DNA from: Octopus bimaculoides
Taxonomy: Eukaryota
Length of the DNA: 43,255 nucleotides
Assembly (NCBI RefSeq): GCF_001194135.2
Contig: NC_068981.1
Location: 60,017,998 to 60,061,252, forward strand
Reading direction: 5' to 3'
A model generated the notes under the pieces. That model saw only the letters and a program-made list of their open reading frames with translations, had not been told where the DNA came from and did no database searches. A program made the position numbers and the translations under genes. Below are positions 1 to 13,859 of this stretch, in pieces; positions within the stretch are counted from its first letter, which is position 1, and each line of letters begins with the position of its first letter.

Positions 1-339
1 ATATATATATATATATATATATACGTGCACACACATGTATACATGTGTCTGTACAGGAATATGTATGTATATGTGTATTTGTAGAAACATACGTTTATTT
101 GTGTATATACATGCATGGGTACTTGTATGTATGTATGTTCGTGATTGTATACATCTCTATGTGTGTATATGTTCTTTATTGCTTACTCTTTATTGTCCAG
201 GCTTTGATTTCGATTTATTTAACCTAAACATTGTTATTTTTTAACGTATTATTTATAAATTTATATTTAATTACCAGCGTTTTCATCGTGGCCAACATAA
301 GAAATCAAAATTTTTTTTATTAATTGTTTTTTTTCATAA

Positions 340-540
340 ATCGACGAAATGGCAATTCCTTCCGATTGATACTCCCTCCGACTTTTTACGTTCTGAATTC
401 AAATGCCGACGAGGTAGACTTTGCTTTTCATCTTTTTGGCGTCCATAAAATGATTACCAGTTGAGAACAGGGCTCGATATAATTGGCTAACCTCCTTCTA
501 TTATTGATGCTGGCTTGTGCCAAAATTAGAAAGAATTATA
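340..540 (+). mobile_element. Family A repeat copy (diverged)
   Basis: tttacgttctgaattcaaatgccgacgaggtagactttgcttttcatc...taccagttgag...ggcttgtgccaaaattagaaagaattat matches the family A body and end. Confidence 0.7.
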
Positions 541-954
541 TATACACATATATATATATATCACTTTACAAGGACCCGCATCACGAGAGTCTTGGTTTAT
601 GAGTTTGATTTTGTTATATATATATATATAAAAGGTTAAACAGCCATTTTGTGTGTGAGGCAACATCATATTCTGATGCATCTACACAGCGACGGAGTAA
701 CATGACGGCATGCTCTGAGAAATCTTTGCTCTGCATTATGAATTTTCGCTTTACGAGCGGTCTTCGGGAACAAATTAACTTGTATATCGAGGCATATACA
801 AGTTTTATATATGTATATATATATAATACGTAAAAATATAACAATGCTTAGGTTAAGTAATGCAGAATCAAGGCCTGGACATCAAAGGTTAAACAATAAG
901 GATCATATATACACTTATACATATATACATACAAATACACGCATATAACTACAA

Positions 955-997
<43 letters not shown>

Positions 998-1328
998 NNN
1001 NNNNNNNNNNNNNNNNNNNNNNNNNNNNNNNNNNNNNNNNNNNNNNNNNNNNNNNNNNNNNNNNNNNNNNNNNNNNNNNNNNNNNNNNNNNNNNNNNNNN
1101 NNNNNNNNNNNNNNNNNNNNNNNNNNNNNNNNNNNNNNNNNNNNNNNNNNNNNNNNNNNNNNNNNNNNNNNNNNNNNNNNNNNNNNNNNNNNNNNNNNNN
1201 NNNNNNNNNNNNNNNNNNNNNNNNNNNNNNNNNNNNNNNNNNNNNNNNNNNNNNNNNNNNNNNNNNNNNNNNNNNNNNNNNNNNNNNNNNNNNNNNNNNN
1301 NNNNNNNNNNNNNNNNNNNNNNNNNNNN

Positions 1329-1366
<38 letters not shown>

Positions 1367-1507
1367 CACATATATATGCATGTATGTTTGCATATGTCAA
1401 CACACGCACACTTACACAGACACATAAACACACACACATATATATATATATACATGATACATTTACCGATTGGATATAAATTTAAGCAAAAACAAAAACA
1501 TCAATAC

Positions 1508-1617
1508 CTCCATGTCTTTAAAATCAACGCCCCGTACATGATAACAAATCCTAAATGTTTCCACCATATTGTGACTTGGCAGATTAAATCAGTAGGTTCG
1601 AAGTAAAGAATAAATTC
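1508..1617 (-). CDS. GPR158-like: GPR158-like GPCR exon 6 (end of TM2, ECL1, TM3)
   Basis: Acceptor ttctctttgcag| and donor TGGAG|GTATTG; 110 nt, phase 0-2. Translates EFILYFEPTDLICQVTIWWKHLGFVIMYGALILKTW(R), with the class C TM3 pattern C...W..HLGF...YGAL.LKTWR. Not in the ORF track. Confidence 0.93.
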
Positions 1618-1907
1618 CTGCAAAGAGAACTCGTTTCGTTTAACGAAGACGAATGGTTCAACAGATTAAGACGTTTGGAAGATTAAATTAATTCAATATT
1701 ATTCTTCACATTGTCTCTGACTCTCACTTTCAAGCAATGACTTATTCTCTCAAGTATTCTGTAATAATTACTCATTCCTCATCATTTATATGTTTGTGTA
1801 TTTGTGTGTGTGTTCGCGCGCGCACGTGTAAACACATACTTCTGCCTATATATATATATAAACATATACACTCATATATATATATATATATATATATAAG
1901 CATAGAA

Positions 1908-1913
<6 letters not shown>

Positions 1914-1984
<71 letters not shown>

Positions 1985-1998
1985 AAGAAAGAAATAGA
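1914..1998. repeat. (AG)n microsatellite followed by (AAAG)n
   Basis: Directly visible. Confidence 0.97.
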
Positions 1999-2599
1999 TA
2001 AGCTGTGATGTCAGAATTTCTATAAACCCTCAGTTTTAAAGTTTTATATATACAACTGGTAAACGTATCCGCCCCTTCGACGGCTTAGGTTGCTTTGGTG
2101 GTATTTTTTTCACCAATAATTGAACTACCCAGAAGGTTTCTGAGTAGCACGGCAATCTAATTTTCCAATTAATCTAGAAACGGAAAACCAAATTGAAGGC
2201 TGGTTATTGTGCAGGTCGTTGCACTTTAATGATCATAGAACATATAAGTTTACAAGCAAAGCAAAGTAGTGTTACTGAAGTGTTTTAGGAGTAGATTACG
2301 GATAATGACTAGAAAATACAGTTGTTTTACACGGAAGCGAAATTTCTTGTCAGAAACAGCCGCATAAATGGTGTAAGGAAATTGAAGGGAGACTTTGAAA
2401 ATTCTCCGCTGCGAGTTTATTTTATTCAACAGCGAAGGGAGCTATTTTTTCGGAGAGAAGTATGATTGGTACGTTAAAAAATGGTAATATTATACCTACT
2501 TGAAAATGTAGAGTAAATTGACTTCAGGTAACACTGAAATTGACTTCAGGTAACGAAAAATGAAGACGTGAAGAGTTTGACTTCAGTTCACAAATACTG

Positions 2600-3309
2600 C
2601 TTTGGATCTTTAGCAGGTCGCCTCAGTTCCCGGCTGTTATGTCTAGGGTACAGGCGTGTAGTGCGCGCTCGTCGGAATTTCTTTTATACGCTAGATGACC
2701 GCACCCAGCAGAGACTATAAAACCATGTCTCATCACCGGTGATGATGGTCTTCATGAAGTCTGGGATTATGGTTTGCACAGTCCAGTATGTCCTGAGCGA
2801 TTTCCATTCGGAATGCACTGAACCAAAGCTTATTCCCACTTCGTGAGAAATTTCCTAGATTTTTACATGACTATTTGCCGAATCTTCTTAATCGGCTCTT
2901 TGTTTCGGCTTGTCGGTAGCCTGCCTGAACGTGCCTCACGCTCCTCTGAAATGCGGCTATATTTCATGTAGTTATACCACTTCTTGATCTGAGTTTTTCT
3001 CATGACATCATTATGAAAGGCCTGCTAAATCTTCTGGATGGTTTGAGCTTGAGTATTCCAAAGCTTTTGGAAAAACACGATGCAGTATCTCTGCTCGATG
3101 CGTTCTGTGAAAACGAAAATCCAACGTGCGTGCACTATACATCTGTACTCAAGGTATAACAGCCAAGAACTGATGCCGTCTACCGGTGCGAAACATTTTC
3201 ACCCATATGCAGAAAGAGTGGCGTCACCTTCCACCCAAAGTAGTTTGCCAACGTGGCATCAGTTTTGGCGGGAAAAATAAAGTCGGATTAAATTTGAGCG
3301 CATCTCGTA
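2600..3309 (-). mobile_element. Truncated mariner (DD34D-type) transposon fossil in GPCR intron 5
   Basis: Minus strand reads IEQRYCIVFFQKL...TQIKKWYN...RSGR (mariner HTH region) and PDFMKTIITGDETWF (first catalytic D), with stops and frameshifts. A mariner-like TIR (tacgagatgcgctcaaatttaatccgactttatttttcc) ends at 3309. Left limit is approximate. Confidence 0.8.
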
Positions 3310-3463
3310 TTCTTTTTAAATAAATTTTGTTATTAAATGGGCATAAAAAGGAAATTTATAAATTTTAGACTTGGGAATATGAAGTTAGATAATTTATCAA
3401 ACGTACTTTTAGCTCCCGATCCCTCTCTTTATCCATCCACCAACATATCAATCTGTCGGTCGG

Positions 3464-3464
<1 letters not shown>

Positions 3465-3512
<48 letters not shown>

Positions 3513-3632
3513 GTCTGTCTGTCTGTCTGTCTATCTCTGCTTCTCTCTCTCTCTCTCTATCTATCTTTTATCTATCTGTTTGCCTGTCTGTCTGTCAGAC
3601 TGTCTGTCTGAATGTTCGTCTGTCTATCTCTA
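3465..3632. repeat. Compound (CTAT)n/(CTGT)n/(CT)n microsatellite
   Basis: Directly visible. Confidence 0.93.
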
Positions 3633-5656
3633 CGATCAGAGCTATGATCAGATGCCTTTATTTCAACGCTGTCTACAAAGTCTCTTTTCAGACACTTCTC
3701 ATCCAAGATATATTATCCGACCTGTTCTTTTCCTTACTATAATACGCGATATAATGGGTATTCGCTTACTGTTTGTAGAAGGTCAAGTAACTAGACAATA
3801 GTCCCAATAGCTGCGATTGGAAATGCTAAGTTGGGAAATCTGATTTAATGCTAATATTAAATTTGAGTCGCACATAGAATAAACTGAGAATAAAATAAAG
3901 TAAATTTCCCCAGGGTTAAACTATTATGTGATTCGTCTTAGATCACTTACGTTGTTCCTATCCTTGTGAAATCTACGTATATAATTCAGTCGCATTTAAA
4001 CTGGTTGAAAATGTCAAGTCCCGCACCATTGTGATCAATACTATGGATTTTGTCAGCATAATTGTGATGGACTAGACAGTACTGTCAGTTGTGTATTTTG
4101 AATTTTGTTCTTTCACACAGAAAAATGATATCTAATCAATAAAGTCTATGCATTTATAAAGCATATGCAGACATTATTGAAAATAATTGGTAACTGAGGC
4201 TAATACCTAGTAATACTATATATTAAAATATTTGCTTATAACATACTGCTTTTTAATTATTACCTAAAATATTTTATCACTGGAATACCATCTCTGTAAG
4301 TAGGTTACAATTTTTCTAATGACTATTGATTTTCTACTCGCAGCTATAATATTAGAAAATTTTATTAAAGGGAAAGCAAGTCTGTATGCCACTCATGACT
4401 TACTTTGACTTAGTATTAGGTAGACATGAAGTAATGCACGTGTTGACACATACATGAACATGGTGCTGCAAACATTGCAGGATCCAGTTACTATAGTTAC
4501 GTTCTGACAACGCAATATAACTTCAGACAATATATTATCATTACTTACCAGATCGTCTCCTTTTCCTAGCTCCCAGTTCATGCCTTGTTTTGTAAAGCAT
4601 GTGTGTGACTCACTATACGATCTCACATTTCAAATGTATAAGTTTTTGTTCATCATTGAGACAGTGACATGTTGCCTGGATAAGGCGATCCCGTCGAGTT
4701 ATAATGAAGATATACCTTCATTACTTGACATTAAAAATGTTCAAGCTTCTCTTTTCGCTCTTATTGTCATATCTCGCAAATATATAAAACGGTTAACAAG
4801 TCAGTAGTGTCAAAGAAAATCTTCAACAACGATTTCTTACGTCACCATAACTTACTTAAATAGTCGAAAGCAACTGATGGTTAAAATTATAAGAGATGAA
4901 ATTTCTGTTTAATATTCCTACTCCCGAAATACGTAAAGCGTTCTGTTTTATATTTTATCAACAACGACGCCTTTAGAATATCAATAACGTTTGAATTCTA
5001 TGTTTTGTTGGGTGATAACAAGAAGAATTCTCACTGTCGGTCGAAGCCCATTAGTAATCAACTGTAAGTTTCATAATTTGATCAGTGTTTCAATCTAAGC
5101 TATCGAATGTAGGGGCCTTAAACTGGATTAATCTAGTCGTAGGGTTACTTTCTCTTCTATTTTATTCTTGAGATGCCATTTATAGGAGAATGCAAATATA
5201 ATTGATGAAATATGAATTGTTGGAAACAACTGGTTCAATGACTCCAGGTACCAATTTTCAATCACGAGGTTCCTTCTATGTTATTTTAAGTTACATTTCT
5301 GATACAATGAAAATCCACTAAATGAAAATAGAAATACAAAGAAAATCCAATAAACTTCGCTACTATGTATGGACATCGGCAACTATTGGTTTCTTCTCTT
5401 ATGTCGAACAGTGAGGTTGAATTATGCAGAGTAAGAATTTTGTACAAGTTACCAACTATCTTGATAACGTCACCTATTTTGGACGATATTAGAATTTTAT
5501 GTGAATTAAAATAAAATTCAAGTGAGAAAGAAAAGATGAGATACAAAAATAAAATCGATTGAAATCAACTAGCTTATGAATAATTGTTCTTAAATATTAG
5601 GAGTTCAATTCTATGAACCTTATAAAACATATCAATATATTTCAAAAAATACGTAC

Positions 5657-5725
5657 CTCAAATGACATAATGGATCCACCTAAGCACATCATTAGGAGAA
5701 ATATTGGGCTAGCTGATTTGATAAC
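5657..5725 (-). CDS. GPR158-like: GPR158-like GPCR exon 5 (ICL1 and TM2)
   Basis: Acceptor ttttcatattttcag| and donor GAG|GTACGT; 69 nt, phase 0-0. Translates VIKSASPIFLLMMCLGGSIMSFE, containing the class C K-x-ASP-x-F motif. Not in the ORF track. Confidence 0.92.
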
Positions 5726-7911
5726 CTGAAAATATGAAAAGGATGTTATATTCATTATAAAATATTGGAAAATAGTTTCTGAGATCATAGTGCATAATTA
5801 TATCAAGATTTCCATATTGTTTAAATTTTTGTGTGCAAACAGAAAAAAAGAATTGAGTTTATTTGGATTAAAACTTACAATCAATATTTCTATTTTAGAA
5901 GTGTTATATGTAGCCGAGACATGTCTGTCTAGATACAGAACTGTCGATTTTAAAAACGCTACAATTCTTTAATTGTGTTACTGTCGATGAGACTTTCTTA
6001 TACGTGGTTCTAGTTACTTAACTGCCTAAAATTTGTGCTAGAGCTTCAAGGAACATTTCCTATGATAATATGATGAATCATGTGTAGATCTGACTTTAAT
6101 CCAGTCAACACTCCCAAAACTGGGATTATGTGTCGCTCTTAATAATCCAAGTGGTTTCAGGAAATGATTGATTCTTCAAGATTGTATAAAATGCGAAGAT
6201 TTTTTATTTTTCTTCTCACTCAATTCTTTATAGAATTGCTGTCACGATATTGTTTTGTTGATCTTTAGTTTAGCGATATCCAATATACTGAAGAGTTATT
6301 TCATCTATTTGTTCCGTAAGAAAACGTTAGCGACAACCTCAAAAGTACCTTTGGCTACAAAAGTATTCTTATATTGTGATTATTATGCATACATTGAAAC
6401 ATCTTTGTTTTCAGTGTTACTTGCCTTTTACAAGCAACTAGCATAATGTGGCATTGAATATACTCAGACACAATCGGCGCCGTTAAGATAAATTATTCTA
6501 TAGGAATTAATATGTTTCCAGTAATTTTTCACGAAATCATGCACAGAATATTGTGTGTCTAGAATGGAAAAAAAACTTACACTTTATGGCAGTTAGTAAT
6601 TAGAGGAAACTTACTCTAGAATTAATAATACACTTTTATTTCCACAATCTTAAGTTAGCGCACAAGTTCATACGTGCAAGATTTAAATTTTCAACCTGAC
6701 TATATTTAATATTTAAATGCATTTAGTTGGGTATTCTCCTGACTTGAAGATGTTAGCCATGCATCTTGCAGTAGTAATTGCCTTGTTCAGCCTCATGTAA
6801 GCCTTGACCGAAGATAAGAAGCAATCTAGCTGCAAACAGTTCATTTTTTGAAATAGCGAGTATCTACTGACTTTCGTTATGTGTCACATTCAGCGGACGA
6901 TATAGTCGCATGAAAAAGCAATTAGAGTGATTTTTCAAATTTATATTGTACTTTTTGTGTGCCCTTACGATCGACGAAATTACTAGCGGCAGTATTCATC
7001 AATACAAATGTGCGATATACCCTGATTGCTACAACAAAAGATTCCTGTGTTTGCAGTTCCAAGAAGTCCGGGTCAGTTGGTTTTAAAGTCATGTCTTGAT
7101 CGTGACCTAATTCTAAGTAATTAAAACATACTCTACATTATCAACGATCTCTTGTCCCAAATGAATTGGGTTCAGCTGCAGGACATAAGATTGGATTTAG
7201 GAGATGCCAGGGACTTGGCAGAATGTGACGAGATACCGTCTAATCAGCTGCGTCCCACTATTTCTGTCATAGTTGTTTCCCTGAGCCCTTCTAATATTTC
7301 GAATATTTACAAGACAGTGAAACTGTTTAACACACAGTTGGAGGTCTTTCATTGGTAATAATGCATTACATTTGTATCTGTAAACCAGTGAGAGGATGTT
7401 AACTTATTGTTTTTCATCTCCTAGGCGGGTGTTCTTTCTAGAACTCAAGGACTGTCACACCCTGTAGTTTTACTGTATATTCAATCTCCAACTCTAATAT
7501 ACTCTAATGTTACGTAGTTATTGCACTATCAAACATTTATTCGACTTGTTGATAGGTTTTGGTTTTGTTATGTTGGGTTTCTAGAAACCATCGTAAGTAG
7601 CATAGACTGGTGGGGTGGCGGTTTAGTAGCCAATGACCTGATCATGTAACGTGTAACATTGTCTTAAGCCCTCACAAGCCACCCATTATATTTTGTAGTT
7701 CATCTCAAACTTCATTATTCATTCTATCCATATTTCAGTTTTAAAATGTCGAGATTTCGAAGAGGTTTTGTTTTTCTTTCATTAGCTCAATGAAACTTTA
7801 GATCTATTCAAAGGTGTTCTAGAAATATTTCAAGGATTCTTTCATAAGTATTTTTATAATATTTAGTTATGAGGATTAAGCTGCATTACGTTATTAATTT
7901 AATTAACTTAC

Positions 7912-8247
7912 CAGCTGACTACGTTTATGGCAGACAACGACTGCTAATGCTATCATAATGAGCAGTGTTATTGCTGACATTACCAGGATCATCACACGAA
8001 TAGCAATGTTTGGCTGATGCATGCATGGTGATGAATCAGTACAGATGTCACAATACCGTGCGCAGGGTAAGCATTGGAAATAAGTGAGTTCATTGGATGA
8101 ATTAAATTTATTCTGACCATAGAAATCTTCTAATTCAGAACCATTGAAATATTGAGCGAGTTGATCTTTATAAGGAAAATAATAACCATCAAGGCATTTG
8201 CAGATGTAACAGCCACGCCGAAAACCGCATTTGGGTACATGGACACA
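7912..8247 (-). CDS. GPR158-like: GPR158-like GPCR exon 4 (EGF-like, Cys-rich linker, TM1)
   Basis: Acceptor ttcctattttcag| and donor CTG|GTAAGT; 336 nt, phase 0-0. Translates CVHVPKCGFRRGCYICKCLDGYYFP...CLPCARYCDICTDSSPC...AIRVMILVMSAITLLIMIALAVVVCHKRSQL. Confidence 0.94.
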
Positions 8248-8746
8248 CTGAAAATAGGAAAAGAACACAAGTAAGTAATTTTAATGTCTGGTAAATATGA
8301 GTTATAAGTCCGAAATATGTCCGGAGGTGCCAGCGTATTAACCAATGGCTCTTAACGTATTGCATTTTCTCTTCAATTTATAATCAATTTGAATTTCAGA
8401 ATCTTTTTCCATGTCTTTCAAATGAATTGACATTAATGCTATTGAATTTCCTTCCAAATATGTGTGTAATATTGATTAGCTACTATGGGAGTTACCTTTT
8501 AAATTTGTTATTTAACACTTAATAACATAGTCATGAAATTAAGCAAACAGTAGATAATGGGAGCCGTCACTAATGTAAGTAAATGCAAGAGAAAAATATG
8601 AATATCATTCAATCGCATTATTCATTCCACAGAAAACTGAAGACTTTTGAAGCCTTTCCTTTAAAAATGCTTCTTGAAGAAGCATGAGCTAAAACAGCAA
8701 CAGCAACACCAACAATATTTTTGACATCTCGGAAAATATAAAACAG

Positions 8747-8840
8747 CAAGTACAAGTAGAGCAGTGGGGTCGAATGTAATCGACTAACCCCTGCACCTAA
8801 AATTTGCTGGCCTTGTACCAAAATTCGATATAAGAATTAT
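8747..8840 (+). mobile_element. Family A 3' fragment in GPCR intron 3
   Basis: aagtacaagtagagcagtggggtcgaatgtaatcgactaacccc...aaaatttgctggccttgtaccaaaattcga matches the family A 3' half. Confidence 0.6.
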
Positions 8841-9022
8841 CATCATCTATTTCTGCTGCCTCTCCTTCTCCTTATTATGTTTAATGTATAGAATTATGTA
8901 CACACACGAAACTCAATAAATATATGGTTACTAAACAGCGATTTGACGGCCACCCTACCGATTTTACAGAATAATTAGTTTTCACTGCTATATTTCAATC
9001 GGAAAGAAGTACTAAAGTATAC

Positions 9023-9209
9023 CTTCGTTGTTTTCTGGCAGCTGTGCGTTCCCCGAAAAATATCCACAATCTTCTTTGCTTCTGCATTATTCTTTGCATT
9101 CTGATAATTTTCTTCATCTTGCGTGATATCTCCTTGTAGTACATCCTCTTCTACATCACATTGGTTAATGTCAATATTTGTTAATTCGATATCTATTGTG
9201 GCAACACCT
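9023..9209 (-). CDS. GPR158-like: GPR158-like GPCR exon 3 (end of Cache, start of EGF-like domain)
   Basis: Acceptor tatgcaatcag| and donor AAG|GTATAC; 187 nt, phase 2-0. Translates (R)GVATIDIELTNIDINQCD...DIFRGTHSCQKTTK. Joining to exon 2 restores FRGVATIDI, and DINQC is a Ca-binding EGF-type start. Confidence 0.93.
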
Positions 9210-10439
9210 CTGATTGCATAAGACATATTTGAAGAAAAAGATAACAGAAAGAAATTTGTAGTAAAAGAAATTAAAAAGCGTCATTCATTTAAACAATGTA
9301 ACGACACGTTATCATTAATGTTGCCTTTATTACTAATATGATTATTAATATTTTATACACAGCCAGTTTCCATAAGCTTCTACTATACTGATGAAGTACA
9401 TAAAGTTTGAGACAACAGCATCAACAATAAACGAAGAAACATTCAGTGAGATTACTTTAGAACCAAACCCACTCACAATATTCCGATGGAGAAATGAAGA
9501 GTTTACTTTCAGTTAGGTGTATTTCAATTTCCCAAAGAACGCTTTAGAAGGATGAATATTGACTATGAAAATATGAGCAGAAGTATCTAAGCATTCTAAA
9601 TTAAATTTCCGGCCCATAATATGAAATATCAATATTTATTTTATCTTGAGATTTGTTAACCACATAAATGCCTACTTTCAAACATTTATGGTGTTATAGA
9701 TATTTCTCTTACAAGTTTTACTGTCAACAATCTAAGGTGTTTTCGATAAGTGACATTATAGAAAATGTACATTTTTAACGAACATTTCATTTTCACATCT
9801 TATTTTATACTAATAATATTAAGAATGGAAAGACAAGTATTTCGTCGCATTAACTTCTCTGTGAGAAAGCAACAATAATCAGGAAAAGATAAGTATAGCA
9901 TTGAGTTGATTTTTTGGGTGGGTTAAACTAATGGCGAACTACAAGGGAGGGCTTTCTTTAAAATATTTTGGCTGTCTGTTAAAAATGAAAGTGTGTGTAA
10001 TACGTGCATTAAAAGTTATTAACAAGTTTGTGCGGTGTGTAACGCGGAGAGAAAAGAAAAGCATCTATACATTACAAAATGTACTTTGAGAAATCTCCAG
10101 TTATTTTATCTTCTCTCAAGATGCGACCTCTTAGAAGTTGTTAGTAAACTCTAAAATATTAATGTTACACTCAGCCGTAAAAGAAATATTGAAACAGTTC
10201 TTATCATTTTCATACACTTCTAATGTATTTCTAACAAAACCAGACTATCGTGTGTTGTTATACATTGCTGATTCCAATGCATTTTGCATTGTTTAGATTT
10301 CGGATGATGCCACCCCTCTGGCTTTATGTATATGGGTGGTATAATGTAAACAAACTTGATATTATTTCCAAAATGTTTGGGATTTATATGACGTGTCTAA
10401 AGTCACTTTACACTGCGATATGCCACGGAGAAAACCCTC

Positions 10440-11050
10440 GTTTTAGGCAATTATGAGCGTCCCCTTTCAACTGGAAGACATATGTCGAGCTTTTTGCTAC
10501 CAGATAGCAAGTTGAACAGAAGAGATAAGCACTGAACTATATCCAACCTTCATGCCAGTCACTCGTTCCGAATAGTCGATCGAAGTGCTACTGAAAAGAT
10601 GCTAATATATGTTCGGTGTTGATTAACATGAGTCTATTTTGGTCCACGAAACATTGATTTGTGTCTTTGTTGCGATGTAGAGCTTCTGCTACTTGAACAC
10701 GTAGTATCTTCGAGTAGGCAAAATAGCTCTGACTACGTAGCTTTCGTACATCACTTTGAAATATTGACCGAGTGTCAATCACACCGCGAGCACGTTGGTT
10801 GAAGGTCGCGTGCACGTCACCCTCTGTTCTAGTTTTTTTCTATCTGCACAACCTTGCTAAACTCTATGGATTATACTCTAATCACCCATCTGAAGGTTAA
10901 TCACCATTTGTTGTTGACGGTTGCTCCCTTCAACGACCTAAATAATTCGCAAAACAGTCTCTGTATATTTGAGACGCCGAGAGTGACGCGTTCAACATCC
11001 AGCGACCAGGACGCTACCTACGAAGTGTACCGAGATCGACCGTAGAGATC
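10440..11050 (-). mobile_element. Degenerate RTE-type LINE fragment (linker between endonuclease and RT)
   Basis: Higher-GC block whose minus strand gives ...DQNRLMLINTEHILASFQ*HFDRLF, resembling the RTE linker motif IL.RW.EHF..LLN. The similarity is weak and judged by eye. Confidence 0.45.
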
Positions 11051-11957
11051 GCAAAGTAACCACGTGTACAAAATACTCTCTATAAAATCTGGATAACTCG
11101 ATGCAATTTATCCATATTCACATAGGCATCGTCGGTACGTCAGACAACTGGAAACACCTGAGTAGCTTTGCGACATATATACTCGCAAGAAAAGACTCCT
11201 CAAGTGAGTAAGGGTGTGGTATTGAGAGAAATGAGAATATGATAGAGAAAGAACAGGTGTCCTGCTGAAGAGGTGATTAATGGCTCTCCATGCATGCGCG
11301 CGCACACACACACACACTCGCAGAAACAAACACACACACACGCACATACACGCACAAACACACACACACACACACACACAAGCAAGCTCACACACACATG
11401 CACACACACATTCTACCTTTTCCTGTCATGCATACACATATGTATGTTTACAAACCTGCACGCGCATGTATATATTTAACATATAGCGATATGCTTATAT
11501 ATAAATGTATGCATATGGAGTTATTTTATAGACACATTCGTAGATAATCAGATTGCATTAATTCATACGGTTATACAAACAAACACGCGCACGCATATCT
11601 GCGTGTCTAGACAGACAGTTATACATATTTTCACAATGTTCAGTTATACTAAATATAAACTCGTTAATTATAATTGTTCAGACCATTAAATTACGAAGTT
11701 TGATATATAATTTGTTTTCATATAAATTTGAAAAACGTAAATTAAAATTGTTTCATCTCTAATGATTAGGTGAATATTCCTAAAATTTTTATTTGAATCA
11801 ACAATAGTCTCATATATATATATATTTTAAGACATTTAATTGCTTTCATTAAAAAACAATTATTTTTGAGTGTTACTTTCCAATATAATCAACTATACAC
11901 TTCCTCCCAAATGTACGCTCTTGAGTATATTTTAGAATTCACTATTAAGTCTTTTAT

Positions 11958-12348
11958 GGCGGTGAGCTGCTAGAATCGTTAGCAAATCAGACAAAATGCT
12001 TAGAAGACATTTCATCCGTCTTTACACACTAAATTTAATTTCCGCTGAAGTCTACTTCGCCTTTTATTATTCGGGGTCGATAAAATAAGTAATGGCGTCG
12101 ATGTAACCGACTAGTCTCACCCTCAAAAGTTCCAGACCTTGAGTTTGTAGTAGAAATTTCTTCTTGAGGAAGGATCGTTAGTACACCGAAGTGACTTCTT
12201 TCGGCTTTACGCTCTGAATTCAAATTCCGCCGAAGTTGACTTTGCCTTTCAAGGTCTATAAAACATTACCAATTAATTACTGGGGTTGATGTGACTAGTA
12301 CTCTTTAGAATTTTAGGTCTTGTGCCTATAGTAGATAAAATCATTATT
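11958..12348 (+). mobile_element. Two head-to-tail diverged copies of family A repeat
   Basis: ggtgagctgctagaatcgttagca...caaaatgcttag...gtcgataaaataagt, then a second unit with aattcaaattccgccgaagttgactttgccttt...ggtcttgtgcctatagtag. Confidence 0.75.
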
Positions 12349-13859
12349 CCTGTAGCGTCACCTCAACTATGCATTAGATTTGTCAGTCCGCGATCAAAAT
12401 AACATTTGTCAGTTTTTTTCATTTCGTCAGAAGTATGACGAAAATTAGATAACGGTTTCTTAATCTGCTTCCAGTACCTTACAATTCATCATTCAGTGCA
12501 GTATTATTTAACCAATTAACAGAAAATTCAATAGTGAATTTATCGATCAAACTATGTGTCTCTCGTTTTTATTTTTGTATTGTTCAATCAAATGTTTAAA
12601 TGTCATGTTGACATCTTCTGATTTGCAATTTGTAAATACGTGAAAGCATCTGGAATGCTTATATCAACATATAGGTATAGCAACAGACCAGCACCGTCTC
12701 TGTTTTTCTGACTACTTAGACTGTTTGTTGGATACTATTTTACTTTTCTCTCTCTTTTTGCATCCCTCTCTTCCATCTGTGTCTCTCTCCTTCTCTCCCT
12801 CTCTCCTCTTCTCTCTCACATTATTTACTGCGCAATGACTCGTAGTATTTATCAAATTATATTTACTTTTATTTGTGATTTGAATTGAATTGCCGCTGAG
12901 AGCGACATCTATTATTTTGGTGTTGATAAAGCAACGTTGCACTTCTTATTTTGTGAAGTGGATTTTATCGATTATATAGCCACACCCAAATCTGAGGATT
13001 TATACGTATCTTAGTAATCAATAATCAAAGTATTTGATTATAGCTGTTAACTGTGTGTATAGTATAGGCGGAGCATGTTTGTACAGAAAATTCGTGATTC
13101 AGTTAATGTAGTTTAGTACATATCTGGTACTCAACACTGAAGATAATATACATGATATATGCATGTATGTATTATGTATGTAAGTATGTATGTAGGTAGG
13201 TAGGTATGCATGTATGCATGTATGTATGTATGTACGCATGTATGTATGTGTGTGTGTTTATATGTACGTAGGTACCTATGTTGAGTATGCACAGGATTAT
13301 ATCAAGGTCATGTGTTTTCATAACAATTCAAATTGGTTGCAAGTGACAAGGTTCTTTCATTTAAGTCACAACATCTGGGTGGGGAGATTACTTGAATTTG
13401 TGTCAGTATGCACGCATGCGTGCTTATTGTGTGTGAATGTGTGCGTGCGTGTGCATGCTGTGTGCACGTGGATGAACTTGTAGTTGTGGACTCGTGTGGT
13501 ATTACAGAACACAAGTGTTTCATTATTATTTATGTAGGTGTGGTCGTATGTATTCGATGTATATATATATATATATANNNNNNNNNNNNNNNNNNNNNNN
13601 NNNNNNNNNNNNNNNNNNNNNNNNNNNNNNNNNNNNNNNNNNNNNNNNNNNNNNNNNNNNNNNNNNNNNNNNNNNNNNNNNNNNNNNNNNNNNNNNNNNN
13701 NNNNNNNNNNNNNNNNNNNNNNNNNNNNNNNNNNNNNNNNNNNNNNNNNNNNNNNNNNNNNNNNNNNNNNNNNNNNNNNNNNNNNNNNNNNNNNNNNNNN
13801 NNNNNNNNNNNNNNNNNNNNNNNNNNNNNNNNNNNNNNNNNNNNNNNNNNNNNNNTTTC

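Noticed and set aside
614-844. Candidate for the next GPCR exon after LKTWR
   Set aside because: The translation shows no TM4/ICL2-like sequence and no suitable phase-2 acceptor was found. The next exon is probably outside the window or in the 998-1328 gap.
2515-2590. Short direct repeats (aaattgacttcaggtaac twice, plus a partial copy)
   Set aside because: A local tandem duplication of about 22 bp with no unique spacers. It is not a CRISPR array and the context is eukaryotic.
3080-3280. Plus-strand 66-aa ORF
   Set aside because: Antisense to the mariner fossil's 5' region, with no coding signature.
4393-4626. Minus-strand ORF in intron 5 containing two GTAAGT donor-like sites (4548 and about 4403)
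   Set aside because: No convincing polypyrimidine acceptor in the matching phase and no GPCR-like sequence. Exons 5 and 6 already join seamlessly.
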